Below are positions 39,277 to 52,904 of a stretch of 64,000 nt of DNA, piece by piece. How positions within the stretch are numbered: the stretch's first letter is position 1; every line of letters starts with the position of its first letter. The position numbers and the translations under genes are program-made. A model generated the notes under the pieces. That model was given only the letters and a program-made list of their open reading frames with translations, did not search any database and was not told the DNA's origin. The DNA lies in contig OX597820.1 in the NCBI GenBank assembly GCA_951406725.2, forward strand, positions 122,326,001 through 122,390,000, in the 5' to 3' direction. Origin of the DNA: Octopus vulgaris. Lineage: Eukaryota.

Positions 39277-40886
39277 TAAATGGCTTACAAACACCTTCCA
39301 CACTGCAATTGTTTTCGTTTCAGCACACGATCTCAGATCAAATCACTTGCTATGCATGTACATCTCCGTAATTTGTTAATTCTTCCAGACAAGAAATAAA
39401 TTCTTAAAGAAAAAATAGAAATAAAAAAAAAGAAACCAACTGTAGCTAAGCTGTACCCATTAAAAAATAAATTGCTTTGCTATTTATAGTCAAATTTCGG
39501 GAGAAATAAATGTGATGTTGTGACTTTATGTATTTTCCAAAAGTGCATTGGAGGTATAAAAAAAAAATGAACTCTGTTTCAACCGAAAGTTGAAACAGCA
39601 TCACAGTCTCAACTGGTTAGGAGGAGTCTAGCGCCTTCACTATGGCAGTTGTCAGGTCTGTTTATAAATAGCAGCAATCATAAAATCCAATAATGTCCTA
39701 AACACAGAAGCGTTATTGACTGACAGTAGTGTTACATTGTAGACATTTGTTGTTTGACAACAAACCTTCCACCATTGTTTCCTTGCCTTTTGCTTGTGGT
39801 AGAAGGAAAAGGGCAAGGGTGGGGAAATGTCTAGCTCTGGACATCCAAATGTAGTTTTAGACGAGATTTATAAAGTCAGTGATAGTGAGATATTCTCACT
39901 GCTAATTACTTTTGAGAGGAAATTTATAAACAACAGATATACTTGTGTGAATGTGAATTGGCAGGCACCAAAACCAAGAACTAGAATATTTCTGGGAATG
40001 TCATCTGTAACAGGAAAATTTAAATGGGCCATTTCTTCTTTGGACCTTAAATATGTGGCCATTACTGGCTACACATTAAACAGTATCAGTTTAAAAAAAG
40101 GCATTGGACAATTTCTCAGAGTCCCTTCTACCTAAAGAACATGCAAAAGGCAGGGTAACTTGATATATTAATCCCCCAAAATTATTTACACAATTGAAAT
40201 TGTACCCTTAATGATTAGAAAAGCCATTAGCCTAATGAAAACTCAACAGCAAGAAAGAGAATTTTCAACTTTCGATTGATAAAAAAATCTCCCTCTAGGG
40301 AGATGGGCAGATATGGAAAGAGAGGGTGAGGGAGAGAAAATCTCATGTTTTTAGTAGTTATGGTAGCAATGTTAGACATGTTTTAGGTTAAGCTTTAATT
40401 TTATCACACACTATTAATGTTGCACAGTCTGTAGTAGACCCCAGAATAACTTAAAAAGATAATATAATATTGGTAAGGAAATAAATGGCAGTTATTAATC
40501 TCCTTTAACTGGAATGACTCTACCATTCAGCTATAAACATGAGGTGTTATACCAGCCGAAAAAATCCTTCTCCACCTTTTCCTTATTATTGTTATTATTG
40601 AAATAAGGGAGCCAGTAAAGTTCCCGGCCAAGCCAGGGTCAACTAATTGGATCCCACAAGGGTTAATAAAAGATTTACCAGTTGTGCTTCAGGCATGTAA
40701 GAAATTATTGTTATAGAAATTTATTTGTTGTGTAATCTTTGTTGATGTGTCTCTTGTGTTTGGTTTGGTAACAGCAATGAATGATGATAAATAGAATATT
40801 AATGTTGACACACAAAATTATTATTTTGTTTTCTTTGACCATCAAATGAAATTTCAATTGTCTCTCATCTTGTCATTGTTTTTTAG

Positions 40887-40991
40887 GTCATCTAGACACG
40901 AATTGTCTGCATGATTGCTACCACCATGGAGAATGTAAAAATAAAAGATGTATCTGTTACCCTGGATACTCTGGCAAATACTGTGGCCAAA
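40887..40991 (+). CDS. Ten-m: Teneurin EGF repeat 1 exon ((G)HLDTNCLHDCYHHGECKNKRCICYPGYSGKYCGQ)
   Basis: gttttttag|GT ... CAAA|gtaagt. Six-Cys tenascin-type EGF repeat, 105 nt, phase 1-1. Confidence 0.95.
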
Positions 40992-41992
40992 GTAAGTTGA
41001 AAGACATTTCTCCACCCTCTTATTTTTGTTGTTTGTTTTACAAAAAATACCATTTTGATGATGTAAAGATAAAGTTATTTAACCAAATAGCCGCCAATGG
41101 AATTTTAATATCTAAAAAAATGTTTTTTTTTCTGTTGTCCTACATGCATGCAATTCAGGGATGGGTATTTTTGATTAAAATGTTGTTTTTGTTTGTTTTT
41201 CATTTTTTTTTTTTTTTTTTTAATTTCTAATTGATAAAACTTTGTAACTCCATAAATTAAAAAAATATTCTAAATTTTTTTAAGAAATGGTGATTGGAGG
41301 GAAAGTAAAATTTTTAGCAATTCAAATTTCAGTTTCCTTTTATTAAACCTTGAATATGAATTTCAATTTCTGCTTTATATTTTCCTTTAATTCAAAGTTT
41401 TTTTTTTTTTTCCATCTCCAACTGATTTCTGTTCTTGAAAACATCCAAGTTTAATTAATATGAAACTTCATTAAGAACAAAAAAAAAAAAACCGAATTAA
41501 TGTTGCAGTCAGCGTCAAATGCTGTGATTATACCAACATAACAAGTATTTCATGCATTTTTAGAAACCTAATTTCCAGGGTCTCTCTAAATTTTTGATGC
41601 CTCAGTTGTATTTGGGCCAATTTTCTACATGAAATGACCCCATCAAACATATTTGATTCTTATATAGTGTCTTCATTTAGCTTGTTGAGATTGACTCACA
41701 TCAATGGTTGATGCTAATTATAAAGCCCAGCAGCTAATATTTTACTTCATTTTTTAAAATCAATAATATAAAAAGTAGTTATCTTATTTATAATTAATTG
41801 AATTGAAATAACCAAGAATATTTTCAGTTGGTTATTGTTAGAAAAATTCAATAACCGTTATAAATATCCTGTGAAAGTTTAAAAGTATCTTCATTTTGTT
41901 AGATACAACATTAATCATCTACTGACTGAATTGGAGTACAATTTACTTGTGCCTTTGAGACTATCACATGTCCTAATACATATGTACGTACG

Positions 41993-42025
<33 letters not shown>

Positions 42026-42027
<2 letters not shown>

Positions 42028-42255
42028 TTCTTCACTGCCCACAAGGGGCTAAACATAGAGGGGACAAACAAGGACAGACGAAGGGATTGAGTCGATTATA
42101 TCTCCCCCAGTGCGAAACTGACACTTTATTTATCGACCCTGAAAGGATGAAAGGCAAAGTTGACCTTGGCGGAATTTGAACTCAGAACGTAACGACAGAT
42201 GAAATACCGCTAAGCATTTCACCCAGCGCACTAACGTGCCTGCCAGCTCGCCGCC
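42026..42255 (-). mobile_element. SINE family B
   Basis: Highly similar to the 15665 copy. Confidence 0.85.
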
Positions 42256-43449
42256 TTATAACATATTTATATATAACTGTATTTCTTCTGCGCCCTCTGT
42301 CTGTCTGCCTAGCTATCTTTCTGTCTGTCCGTCTATCTCTTCCTCTCTTCACACACACACACACACCAAAACTCTATGTATCTATCCTTAAACATAAACT
42401 CTTTTTTGAGTCTCATAAATCTATTTTCTTGATTTTTGTGTGTGTGTGTGTGTGTGGACTATATATATACACATGCATACTTAGTGTTCATGTATGAATA
42501 TTAGTTCAGAGTAAATCAGAGACTTGTCAAAACATGTCCTATATATTTATTTACTCTACATTTATGGCTTTCCTTGCAGCATTTATTTTGATTTTGTTTA
42601 ATCAACACCCAGATGCAATACAATCCCCTCACAAGCATACACAACAAGCTGCTCAGAGACACATTAACTGCTATGCAGTGCACTGCAGTAGAGAGAGCAT
42701 CACTGACAGAACAAATGGGGGGGACAGGGTAACACAGAGCATGGATTTGACGATTGCTTTAGGGGTGGCAATGCTATGCCCAGTAGCATATCTAGGATGG
42801 AAGAGAACCAGAGGGGCAGAGGAGGCTGGAACAACATAAAATAAAGTGTAATGGTGAGGAACTCAATACGCTGCCTAGTTCAGGAATTGAACTCTTTTCA
42901 TCATGATCCAAACACCTTGACCACCAGGCAGCATTCCTTTACAGCAGTTATAGAAACATCTTGTGATTGAAGTACATGGATATGCATGTGACATCCCACA
43001 GCTCAATGTTCGTGGGCTGCATATAAATCTGTATCTGTCTATAGAAGAAGTGGCTATTAACACCAAAATGCACACCAAGAAACAAAGTTTAGCAGCATGC
43101 ACAAAAGTGCAGCAGAGTCATATGTAGGTGCAGAAATGTGAACATGGCTTGGTGCCGTTATCCCTTTCTTCCTCTCTCACCTCAACTTTTCCTCTGACAT
43201 CACCCTCTCTTTTGCATGTTTCGCATCTTCATTTCATCTCTCTTTCTTTCTAGCTTGCCCAACAAGTTTCTCACCTCCTACTGTATTCTCACATAGCCAT
43301 GTGTTCCTCATCAGTTACAATCAGTCTCTCAAATGTAGAAGATGTATAACTCTGCTGTCCATCCTTTATTTTCCTCATGTTAGCTCTACTCTGAAGATGG
43401 GATCTGTTAGAAACTTTGGCTTTTCCATTCTTCATAGCAATTTCATGGT

Positions 43450-43480
<31 letters not shown>

Positions 43481-43711
43481 CTGTGACTATATGAGGAAAA
43501 CATTGGGTAGATTGTGTATATTTGTCCTGCTAGTGTTTATGAATGTTTGTGTGTGTTTGAGGGTATTTACCATGTCTGTTTATCTCCAGACTTGCCCTCA
43601 TTTGAACATAAACATGTGTATATGTGCATGTTTATATTCTCATATATCAAAGTATATTTGTGTGAACACTTACAAAATCACACCTTAAAGCATCACATAG
43701 TGCCCATATAA

Positions 43712-43925
43712 TCTTTTATACTCTAGGCACAAGGCCCAAAATTTTGGGGGAGGGGGCCAATCGAATAGATCAATGCCAGTACACAACTGGTACTTAATCT
43801 ATCGACCCTGAAAGGAGGGAAGACAAAATCGACCTCGGCGGAATTTGAACTCAGAACATAAAGACAGACAAAATACTGCTAAGCATTTCGCCCCGCGTGC
43901 TAACATTTCTGCCAGCTCACCACCT
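43712..43925 (-). mobile_element. SINE family B, alternative 3' tail, ~16-bp TSD
   Basis: TSD catagtgcccatataa / catggtgcccatataa. Tail GGGCCTTGTGCCTAGAG. Confidence 0.85.
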
Positions 43926-44009
43926 CATGGTGCCCATATAAGATATGAACTTGTGATTCTGTAACCATAAACAATCCAAATTGTTTCCTCTCAACTTTTT
44001 ATGTTTCTG

Positions 44010-44568
44010 TTCAAATCAAAATAGATGAACATCAATGGAATTTGTATCTTTGTGGTACCAGTGCTGGTGGCACGTGGCACACAAGAAAACCATCCGAACG
44101 TGGCCGTAGCCAGTACCGCATCGACTGGCCTCCGTGCTGTGGGCACGTAACAAACACCATCCGATCGTGGCCGTTCGCCAGCCTTGTCTGGCACCTGTGT
44201 CGGTGGCACATAAAAAGCACCATCCGATCGTGGCCGTTCGCCAGCCTCGTCTGGCACCTGTGTCGGTGGCACATAAAAAACACCATCCGAGCGTGGCCGT
44301 TCGCCAGCCTTGTCTGGCACCTGTGTCGGTGGCACATAAAAACACCATCCGAGCGTGGCCGTTCGCCAGCCTTGTCTGGCACCTGTGTCGGTGGCACATA
44401 AAATCACCCACTACACTCACGGAGTGGTTGGCGTTAGGAAGGGCATCCAGCCATAGAAACACTGCCAGATCTGACTGGCCTGGTGCAGCCTTCGGGCTCC
44501 CCAGACCCCACTTGAACCGTCCAACCCATGCTAGCATGGAAAGCGGACGTTAAATGATGATGATGATG
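44010..44568 (+). mobile_element. Retroposon family D with internal 62-63-bp tandem array
   Basis: Units start at 44155, 44218, 44281 and 44343. 3' end GCGGACGTTAAATGATGATGATG. Confidence 0.85.
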
Positions 44569-44851
44569 AGGAAAACCTTTTGTTTGCTGAGATTTCTTTG
44601 AGATAGCTGCCGCTGTAGTTCTTTTAAGTGGTTATGACATTGAAACACTTAGGTACATTGGTAGGTTTTGACTGCTGAAGATGTTAGGATGCGAGGGAGT
44701 TCTTCAGTTCTGGATTATTCCCCTTTTCTCCTTCATTATTAAATTCCTTCTCACTTATTAAACATTTTAATTGATTAAGAAACACATTTTCAGCATAGAA
44801 TGGAAAACAAAAATAATTTCAAAAAGGTAACTGGGATCTTTTCGGTTTGAA

Positions 44852-45220
44852 CGGCAGTTTTTTCTAGCATAATTATGTTTCTAGCATAATTATTACCCTA
44901 GTATCGATCTATTGCATTTCAATCTATTTTAGGGTTAGGGGTGGGGGGAAGGCTATCTTTTTTCTTCACAAATGTAAATAAACCCAATCTGTTTCTTAAA
45001 CGAGGGACATATTCATATGGCACAGAATATTTTTTTTACCTCGAAGGACGTCATTGATTGGTTGAAATTGCAGAAATTGCAGAAAAACAACAACAAATAT
45101 CTTACAAACTATAGAATTTTCTCAATAAAGCCAAGAGAAAAAGATGTTTTATAAACACATTCTACCAGTATACGAAGTTTAAAATTTTTTAGTTACCTAG
45201 AAATTATGTTAAAAACTGCC
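44852..45220. mobile_element. Non-autonomous DNA element with subterminal inverted repeats
   Basis: ggcagttttttctagcataatt ... aattatgttaaaaactgcc; internal ttagggttaggg. Confidence 0.55.
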
Positions 45221-45469
45221 AGGAAGGGCTACAATACTTTTACTATAAACTCTACCTGTAGTAAAAAGGAACCTTGTCGTGGAAATTTATTAGGAATAGC
45301 TTTCAAATCTCTGAAAATGACACTAACCATCTTAAAAAAGGCGATATATGCAGGGTATTCCAGAATTAACTACTAATTAACTAATGAAATCAGGCAAATT
45401 AAAAGCAAAAAAAAAATAAAACTGACAGAATTTTATAATTATTACTTAATTATGATATCAAAACAAATA

Positions 45470-45633
45470 GGCGTAGGAATGGCTGTGTGGTAAGTAGCTT
45501 GCTTACCGACCACATAGTTCCATGTTCAGTCCCACTGCATGGCACTTTGGGCGAGTGTCTTCTACTATAGCCTTGGGCCGACCAAAGCCTTATGAGTGGA
45601 TTTGGTAGATGGAAACTGAAAAGAAGCCTGTTG

Positions 45634-45696
<63 letters not shown>

Positions 45697-45860
45697 CTGT
45701 GTTTGTTCCCCCAACATTGCTTGACAACCGATACTGGTGTGTACATGTCTCTAACTTAGTGGTTCGGCAAAAGAGACTGATAGAATAAGTACTAGGCTTA
45801 CAAAGAATAAGTCCTGGGGTTGATTTGCTCGACTAAAGGTGACTAAAGTAAAAGAGTAAA
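45470..45860 (+). mobile_element. SINE family A
   Basis: ggcgtaggaatggctgtgtggtaagtagcttgc ... aagtaaaagagtaaa. Confidence 0.85.
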
Positions 45861-45929
45861 GATTTATAAATCTTGTGTCAAAATTTGATTAAAAGATTTT
45901 CAACCTGTGCTCCGTCTGTATTTCTGCAA

Positions 45930-46326
45930 ATTTCAAATCTATTCTAAGGATTGTGAAATGCATTTTGGAGCATTTCAGTGGTTATTTCCTGCACTGCTAA
46001 CTGAATGCATTCTTTAAGTCCAGCTGAACTTGTTGCTCCATCCTGGGGATAGAGATAGGGAAAATAATTGCATCCAAATTGAAAAAAAGCTGTCATGGAC
46101 AGATAAATGGCATCCAACAGGAATGATAAGAAAATTACAAAATTAATTATAAACATATAAAATTATAAATTTATAAATTATAAAATTACAAACATAATTT
46201 AAAATTATAAACAAAGTTAAAAATTTATACACCTTTAACACATTAAACATGATAAGCATAAATAAAAGTGAGTTTTTAAAAGATTGATCAATTTCACTGA
46301 AATAGTTAATTGTGGGACACCCTGTA
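45930..46326 (-). mobile_element. Tc1/mariner-type deleted remnant
   Basis: Terminus TACAGGGTGTCCCACA on the minus strand; QDGAT and LKECIQLAVQEITTEMLQNAF. Confidence 0.6.
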
Positions 46327-48334
46327 TGAAGGCCTTATGATCTGCCTGTACAGCTGGAACATCTTTGATCATAGGTCTATTCTACCCATTCTAACCTGGG
46401 GCTAAGCAACAAAACCTAAGCAAAAACTGGCCTAGAATAACTTCCATTACCATCATCATCATCATCAGAGTATGTACAACAGCTACTACCATTGAAATCC
46501 TTATCAGTTTACCAGGAGCACTAGTGTCATCTCCACTACCCTTAACACCATCAGTACCACTCTGCTGACTTTTGCAAACAGTACCAATAACTTCCACCCC
46601 CACCCCCACCACGCCCACCACCTTCCTTTCTAGTTCCATTTGTTTCTACAGCTGTGTGAAATCAATGAGCACAGCTTGTGTAGGGATCCTAGTCTACAGA
46701 CTCTTTTACATCCCTGTAACTAAAGACAACCAAACTCCCTTCTGCTATTCCTTGTTTTCACACTGTGATTGAAGCATAAGGAAAACAAGGCATGGTGCTC
46801 GGGGTTGAAGCTGAGGGCAGCAGAATATCAGTAGCAACAACACCGAGACAACAAAAACAATTGCAAAAACCAAGAAATACCCTTTGTTGTTGGGTAAGAA
46901 AGAGGAGAAGCAAAAAGGAAATACCCTTCTATTGCCTGTTCTCTCCTTCTCTCATGCTTTCTTCTTTTCTCTCTCTCTCTCTCTCCTACCACTCTCCTAT
47001 CACTCTTGTCTACACACACACACACACACCACAAACTTATACTTTTGTCTTCCAAACTTTTACAAACTAAATCATTGCTATACTTATCCTTCATCTCTTT
47101 TTCCACACACTCATCACACATAAATGGCCTTTGCTTTCTCTCTCTCCCTCTCTCTCTCTCTCTATCTATCTATCTCTCGTTGTCTCCCCCTTTTACTTTT
47201 CAATATTTCTCCTTCCAGCTAACTTTGAAATAAATACTAGACAAATAAAATGTCTCGTAAAAGGGAATACAGTCTTTCCCTTTCTACTTCTTAATTTTCT
47301 CTTTTTTAACACACACACTTTTCTATCTTTTGCTCTGTGTGTGCGATGTGCGTGCATTGTGTGTGTGCGTGTGTGCATATCCATGGCTTCCAATTCAGTG
47401 GTGGGGGGAAAAAGAGGGAGGTTGCTGGTCCAACTAATTTCAAAATAGCAGGGGTCTGCTTCAGAAACCCATGGCCCAGCTGATGATGTTCAACTTTATG
47501 AATCCTACCACACCTTTTTTCCACTCAAATCTGTGGCATTATCTCACCCCCACCCCCGCCCCTGATTACTTTTCAAAAATAAAAATCTCCCTCTTTTCCT
47601 ACTCTCTTCCCTCTCTCTCTCTCTCTCTCTCACTCTGTCCATGAAGGTTCTTGCCTGCAATATTTGATATTTCCTCTCACCATAGTGGGAGCTTACCTCA
47701 TTTCTCCTTATTTTCCCCCACCCCCAACCTTTCTCTACCAGCTCATTCATCTTATTTCTTCTTCTCATCTTCTCTACCCACCTCATATCAACATGGGCAC
47801 ACCTCAATTCCAACCCATCTCTCTATATATCTCTTCCTCTATTCCTCTCTTAATACCTGCTTCTCTCTCCCCATCCTTGTGCATCTCTGTTCTTCTTCTT
47901 CTTCCATACCTACCTGTTTCATAACCAGTGCACATTTAGATCATCCCCCCACCACCTCCCACACACTCTCTTACACTACTTTTCTAACTTCCTGCTTCTC
48001 TCTCAAACCTAATCAACTTATGTTCACATCACAAGCTTCATAGCTTGTGCGTCTTCCCATCTGTCCCTCATCTCACCTGTTCTGTTCACAGAGGCTAGCT
48101 TTGTATGTGTGTCTGTTTTGTTTATCTGCCTCAAAATATTTCAGTATCTGGGTGGATCTGGGTGGATATTAATAAGAAGACTAAGTTTGTGAAATTGGTC
48201 AACTATAAAACACACCATCCTTAATGCACTTTCCCTCCTCTCAAGTGCATTTTACAACTATTAATATTCACATATATATACTCTCCGAGAAGTGAATGAA
48301 GAACATAGCTTTATAGTTAGATCAAGTGTTTGCA

Positions 48335-48689
48335 TACTCTCTTTACTCTTTTATTTATCGACCCCGGGACTTATTCTTTGTAAGCTCAGTACTTATTCTT
48401 TCGGTCTCTTTTGCCGAACCGCTAAGTGACGGAGACGTAAACACACCAGCAATGTCAAGCAATGCTAGGGGGACAAACACAGACACACAAACATATACAC
48501 ACACACTTATATATATATACATATATATGACAGGCTTCTTTCAGTTTCCGTCTACAAAATCCACTCACAAGTCATTGGTCGGCCTGGGGCTATAGCAGAA
48601 GACACTTGCCCAAGGTGCCACACAGTGGGACTGAACCCGGAACCATGTGGTTGGTTAGCAAGCTACTTACCACACAGCCACTCCTGCGC
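48335..48689 (-). mobile_element. SINE family A
   Basis: Reverse-oriented copy ending ccacacagccactcctgcgc. Confidence 0.85.
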
Positions 48690-48800
48690 ATATTTATGAA
48701 AGATTTATGAAAGAAGATATACAGAATGAACCTGGTATACCCTCCTCTGTGTATTCCAAGAGAATCAAAATTAAATACCTAAAAGTTTTCACATAAAGTT

Positions 48801-48832
<32 letters not shown>

Positions 48833-49208
48833 TACACACATTTATATGAGCACATCTGTGTGTGTATGTATGTACATTTGTTACTGTTCAGTGCCAGTTT
48901 AGTGCCAGGTCAACAGTAAGCAAAACAGACCAAGGATCCGTAGCCTTCCAGCCATGACTGCCATGTCTTATTTTCGAGGCATAATTATATCTAGGACTAC
49001 AGTGTCTTCCTTTAAGGTCTTAGATGTTAATTGAAGAAGTCTTTACTGTATTTTCAAACAGGCTGAAGGACTTTGTGAAGGCTGTCATGGTTTAATATAT
49101 GTAGTATATATTGTATAATATGTGTATGTATATATGTCATGTATTACATATATACTCATATGCATATACAGATAAGATACATACATCTCTCTCTCAACAT
49201 ATATATAT

Positions 49209-49604
49209 GAGTGGCTGTGTGGTAAGTAGTTTGCTTACGAACCACATGGTTCCGGGTTCAGTCCCACTGCGTGGCACCTTGGGTAAGTGTCTTCTACTAT
49301 AGCCTCGGGCCGACCTAAAGCCTTGTGAGTGGATTTAGTAGACGGAAACTGAAAGAAGCCTGTCGTATATATGTGTATATATATATATATGTATGTGCGT
49401 GTCTGTGTTTGTCCCCCCCAACATCGCTTGACAACCGATGCTGGTGTGTTTACGTCCCTGTAACTTAGCGGTTCAGAAAAAAGAGACCAATAAAATAAGT
49501 ACTAGGCTTACAAAGAATAAGTCCTGGGGTCGATTTGATCGAATAAAGGCGGTGCTCCAGCATGGCTGCAGTCACATGACTGAAACAAGTAAAAGCGTAA
49601 AAGA

Positions 49605-49605
<1 letters not shown>
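49209..49605 (+). mobile_element. SINE family A
   Basis: gagtggctgtgtggtaagtag ... gaaacaagtaaaagcgtaaaagagta. Confidence 0.85.
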
Positions 49606-49640
<35 letters not shown>

Positions 49641-49782
49641 ATGTCTGTGTGTATGATAAATTCACATGCACAAATAGAATTTCACACACACACACACACA
49701 CACATCTACATGATACTCCATTTTGAATGTTTTTGCACCTAACTCACATGTAGCTTCTTCCATTTGTCTGTCTGACGGTCTA

Positions 49783-49813
<31 letters not shown>

Positions 49814-49892
49814 CTCAGTTTTTGTCTCTCGCGTCTTCATTATCCTTTCCCGCCCCGCCCCGCCCCGCCCCGACCCCCACTCCTCATCTCCA

Positions 49893-49935
<43 letters not shown>

Positions 49936-50049
49936 CCCTTACCCTGAGTCATTGTGGAACTCTTCAGAGAGAACACTGTTTCTTCACTGTGAAATAACAT
50001 TGTCAATTGAAGAAAGAATGTGGTAATTAGGCCACTCAAGAAATGGCAT

Positions 50050-50058
50050 CACCAACAA

Positions 50059-50099
<41 letters not shown>

Positions 50100-51400
50100 C
50101 TTCAACCTTCATTACAGCTAACACCATCACCACTGTTGTCACTGTTACCATTACTGACTGCATCACTAACACCATCTAGTGATGCTATCAGTGATGATGG
50201 TGGTGGTGGTGGTGGTGGTGGTAAGAGTGATGCCATCACTAATGTCATTACGACCAGCCTTATTAATAAATGAACAACAACAACAACAACAATACCAATA
50301 TCGTCTCCGGTAGCACTGTTAACATTACCACCTAGTAGTAGTAGTAGTAGTCGCATCACTAATGATACCATCCGTTGTGTTATAATAACAGAATCACCAC
50401 CACTGAACAGCATCGTGCCATCCACCCCCCACCCCCACTCTCGGTTAGTACTCTCGCTCCAAAAACCATGCATTTACCATCGCCACAACTGCAACCAACC
50501 AACCAACCAACCAACCAACCAACCAACCCAACCCCGCCCACCTCGACAATGAGCATCTTCTCATACCATCAATGTCATCATGACCACAATTATCACTACT
50601 ACTACCAACTCCATCACTGTGATCAGCACTACCACAAGTCAACTACCACCACAACTACCACAACCACCACCACCACCACCACCACCCCCACTGCTGCCAC
50701 AACCATGCATTACCATCACCACCGCCGCCACCACCACCACCGCCGCCACCACCACCACCACCACTGCCGCCGCCACCATTATTTACACCGTGAGCTTTAT
50801 CATCGTCTCTGTAAATAATAAAATCATTACCGTAAACATTGTCAACCGCATCACCACTCGCATCGTACAGCTACAACTGCAGCAACCACATCTCCTTGCA
50901 TCCCTATCACTACTACAAAACACTGCCGCCGCCGCCCCCACCCTCCACCACCACCACCACCACCACCACCACCACCACCACCTTGAACTCCATCACTGAT
51001 CATTTAGGCACCACTCATCCAACAGCTACGAATGCGACTACCACGTCCAACAAAATTAACAGTAGCACTAAGCCTCTACTACTACTACTATTACTACTAC
51101 TGCTACTATTACTACTACTGCTACAGCTAACTCCCCTTCCTTATCACCATATTACTATCTCTGCTGTACATCAGTAGTAGTAGCACTAAAAACTGTCACC
51201 TTTTTCTTCTTCTACAACCATCTTCCATAAACAACTGGAAGTAACAGAACTATCACTGAACCCATCAATGGTACCACTACACACACTCATACTACAACGA
51301 TTGCAGCTACAGCAACAGCCTTACTACTGTGTCTACCACTTAGGACCACAGATTATTACCACCACCACCACTACCACCACCACCACCACCACCACTGCAG
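50050..51400. repeat. Low-complexity trinucleotide region (ACC/CAG/ACT/CAA)
   Basis: Mixed triplet repeats giving poly-T/H/P pseudo-ORFs. No compatible splice sites seen. Confidence 0.85.
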
Positions 51401-51684
51401 CTGCTGGCTCCATCTATTCACACACACACACATACGTGTGTGTTATATGTACATATATACACAACATTTTTACATGTACTCTCATTTAATACAATACACA
51501 CACACATTTGATACAATACACACACATACACCATCGTTGTTCATCACCATGGAATCCATGGTAATCAAATATGCTAACCAGTTGGTCGGTGCCTATAACG
51601 ATGAGTTCTACATCAAATGGACACCAGCCGGTCAGCTAACTCAATGCTCATCAGACCATCATTAGCTGGCAGAATCATTATCAG

Positions 51685-51915
51685 GGCGGCAAGCTGGCAG
51701 AATCGTTAGCATGCCCGGAGCAATGCTTAGTGGTATTTCGTCTGCCGTTACTTTCTGAGTTCAAATTCCACCGCTGATGACTTTGCCTTTCATCCCTTCA
51801 GGGTCAACTAAATAAGTACCAGTTATACACTGGGGTCAATGTAATTGATTTAATCCCTTTTTCTGTCCTTGTTTGTCCCCTCAATGTTTAGCGTCCTGTG
51901 GGCAATAAAGAAATA
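51685..51915 (+). mobile_element. SINE family B
   Basis: ggcggcaagctggcagaatcgttagc...gagttcaaattcc...ctttgcctttcatccc...aataaagaaata. Confidence 0.85.
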
Positions 51916-52904
51916 CTTATTTTATCCAAATTCTTAGAATCAAATAAATAGGTTGACTTAAGTGCTGGTAGAGTGGTTTCGCCTGGTCTGGTTTAAGGGA
52001 GTCATTCCCTCCAATACTTACAGCACACAGCATAGCAGGGCCATGAACTCTGGGCAGCAACATACTAAAACACTTGAGAATTAATTTTATTATTTACAAT
52101 GGCTACTTATGGAAAATGACTACTAAGTACCAGCAGTACTTACTTACAACTAGGTTGACTAAAGTGAGATAACACTAGTTAAATATCTTGTTATGTCCAC
52201 AAGACCCAGTATACAAACACAAACATACCCAGATGCAACATACACACACAGACATACTCTTATGCCTGTATATTTGTTCTCCGTATAGTTTTGGGTTTCT
52301 ATTGATGTCTAACAATAAATTCTTATTCTATTCATAAATAACGTCACAGCACACACACACACACACACACAAAATATTTTCATTTTCAATAAAAACTATC
52401 TACTTGTCCTGCTTCTCCACCCCCACTGGCTGTTCTTAGTCAATATTAGAGAGGTGGGGTTGAGGGTTAACCCACTGCTTTCTTCATTAACTTTTCTTCC
52501 CCCTCACCCGGCCACTTCAAAGAACCACTGCTTCATTCTTTATCTTCAACATCATTTTACTCCCTTTCTCACAAGGCAGTTACCTTGCGTTAATCCTCCT
52601 CCTCCTCTTCCCCTTCCATTACTACCACTGTTAATATCTCCAAAAGTCAACATACAACCACCATCTCTTCTAGCCTTCACATCCTCTTTAGACACTGTTG
52701 AACAAACTATGAGACATAATTCAAAATAGTCCAAGTGTTACTTGTTCCTCAATCATCATTACCTTCACTTTTTAGGCTGCTATGGCATAAAAATCCTGCT
52801 ATCAATGTTAGCCATTTGCTTGTGCAAATGAGAGACAGACATTTTTGTGCAAAAATTCTCAAAATCATTAATCTTAGCTGCAAACAATGTGTATTGGATT
52901 AGCA

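Noticed and set aside
44155-44404. CRISPR-like regular repeats
   Set aside because: Units are contiguous with no unique spacers, lie inside a retroposon in eukaryotic DNA, and there are no cas genes.
44929-44941. Telomeric TTAGGG repeats
   Set aside because: Only two units, inside a non-autonomous element.
50375-51177. Mucin-like or His-rich ORFs
   Set aside because: Products of (ACC)n-type triplet repeats in overlapping frames, with no domain or splice support.
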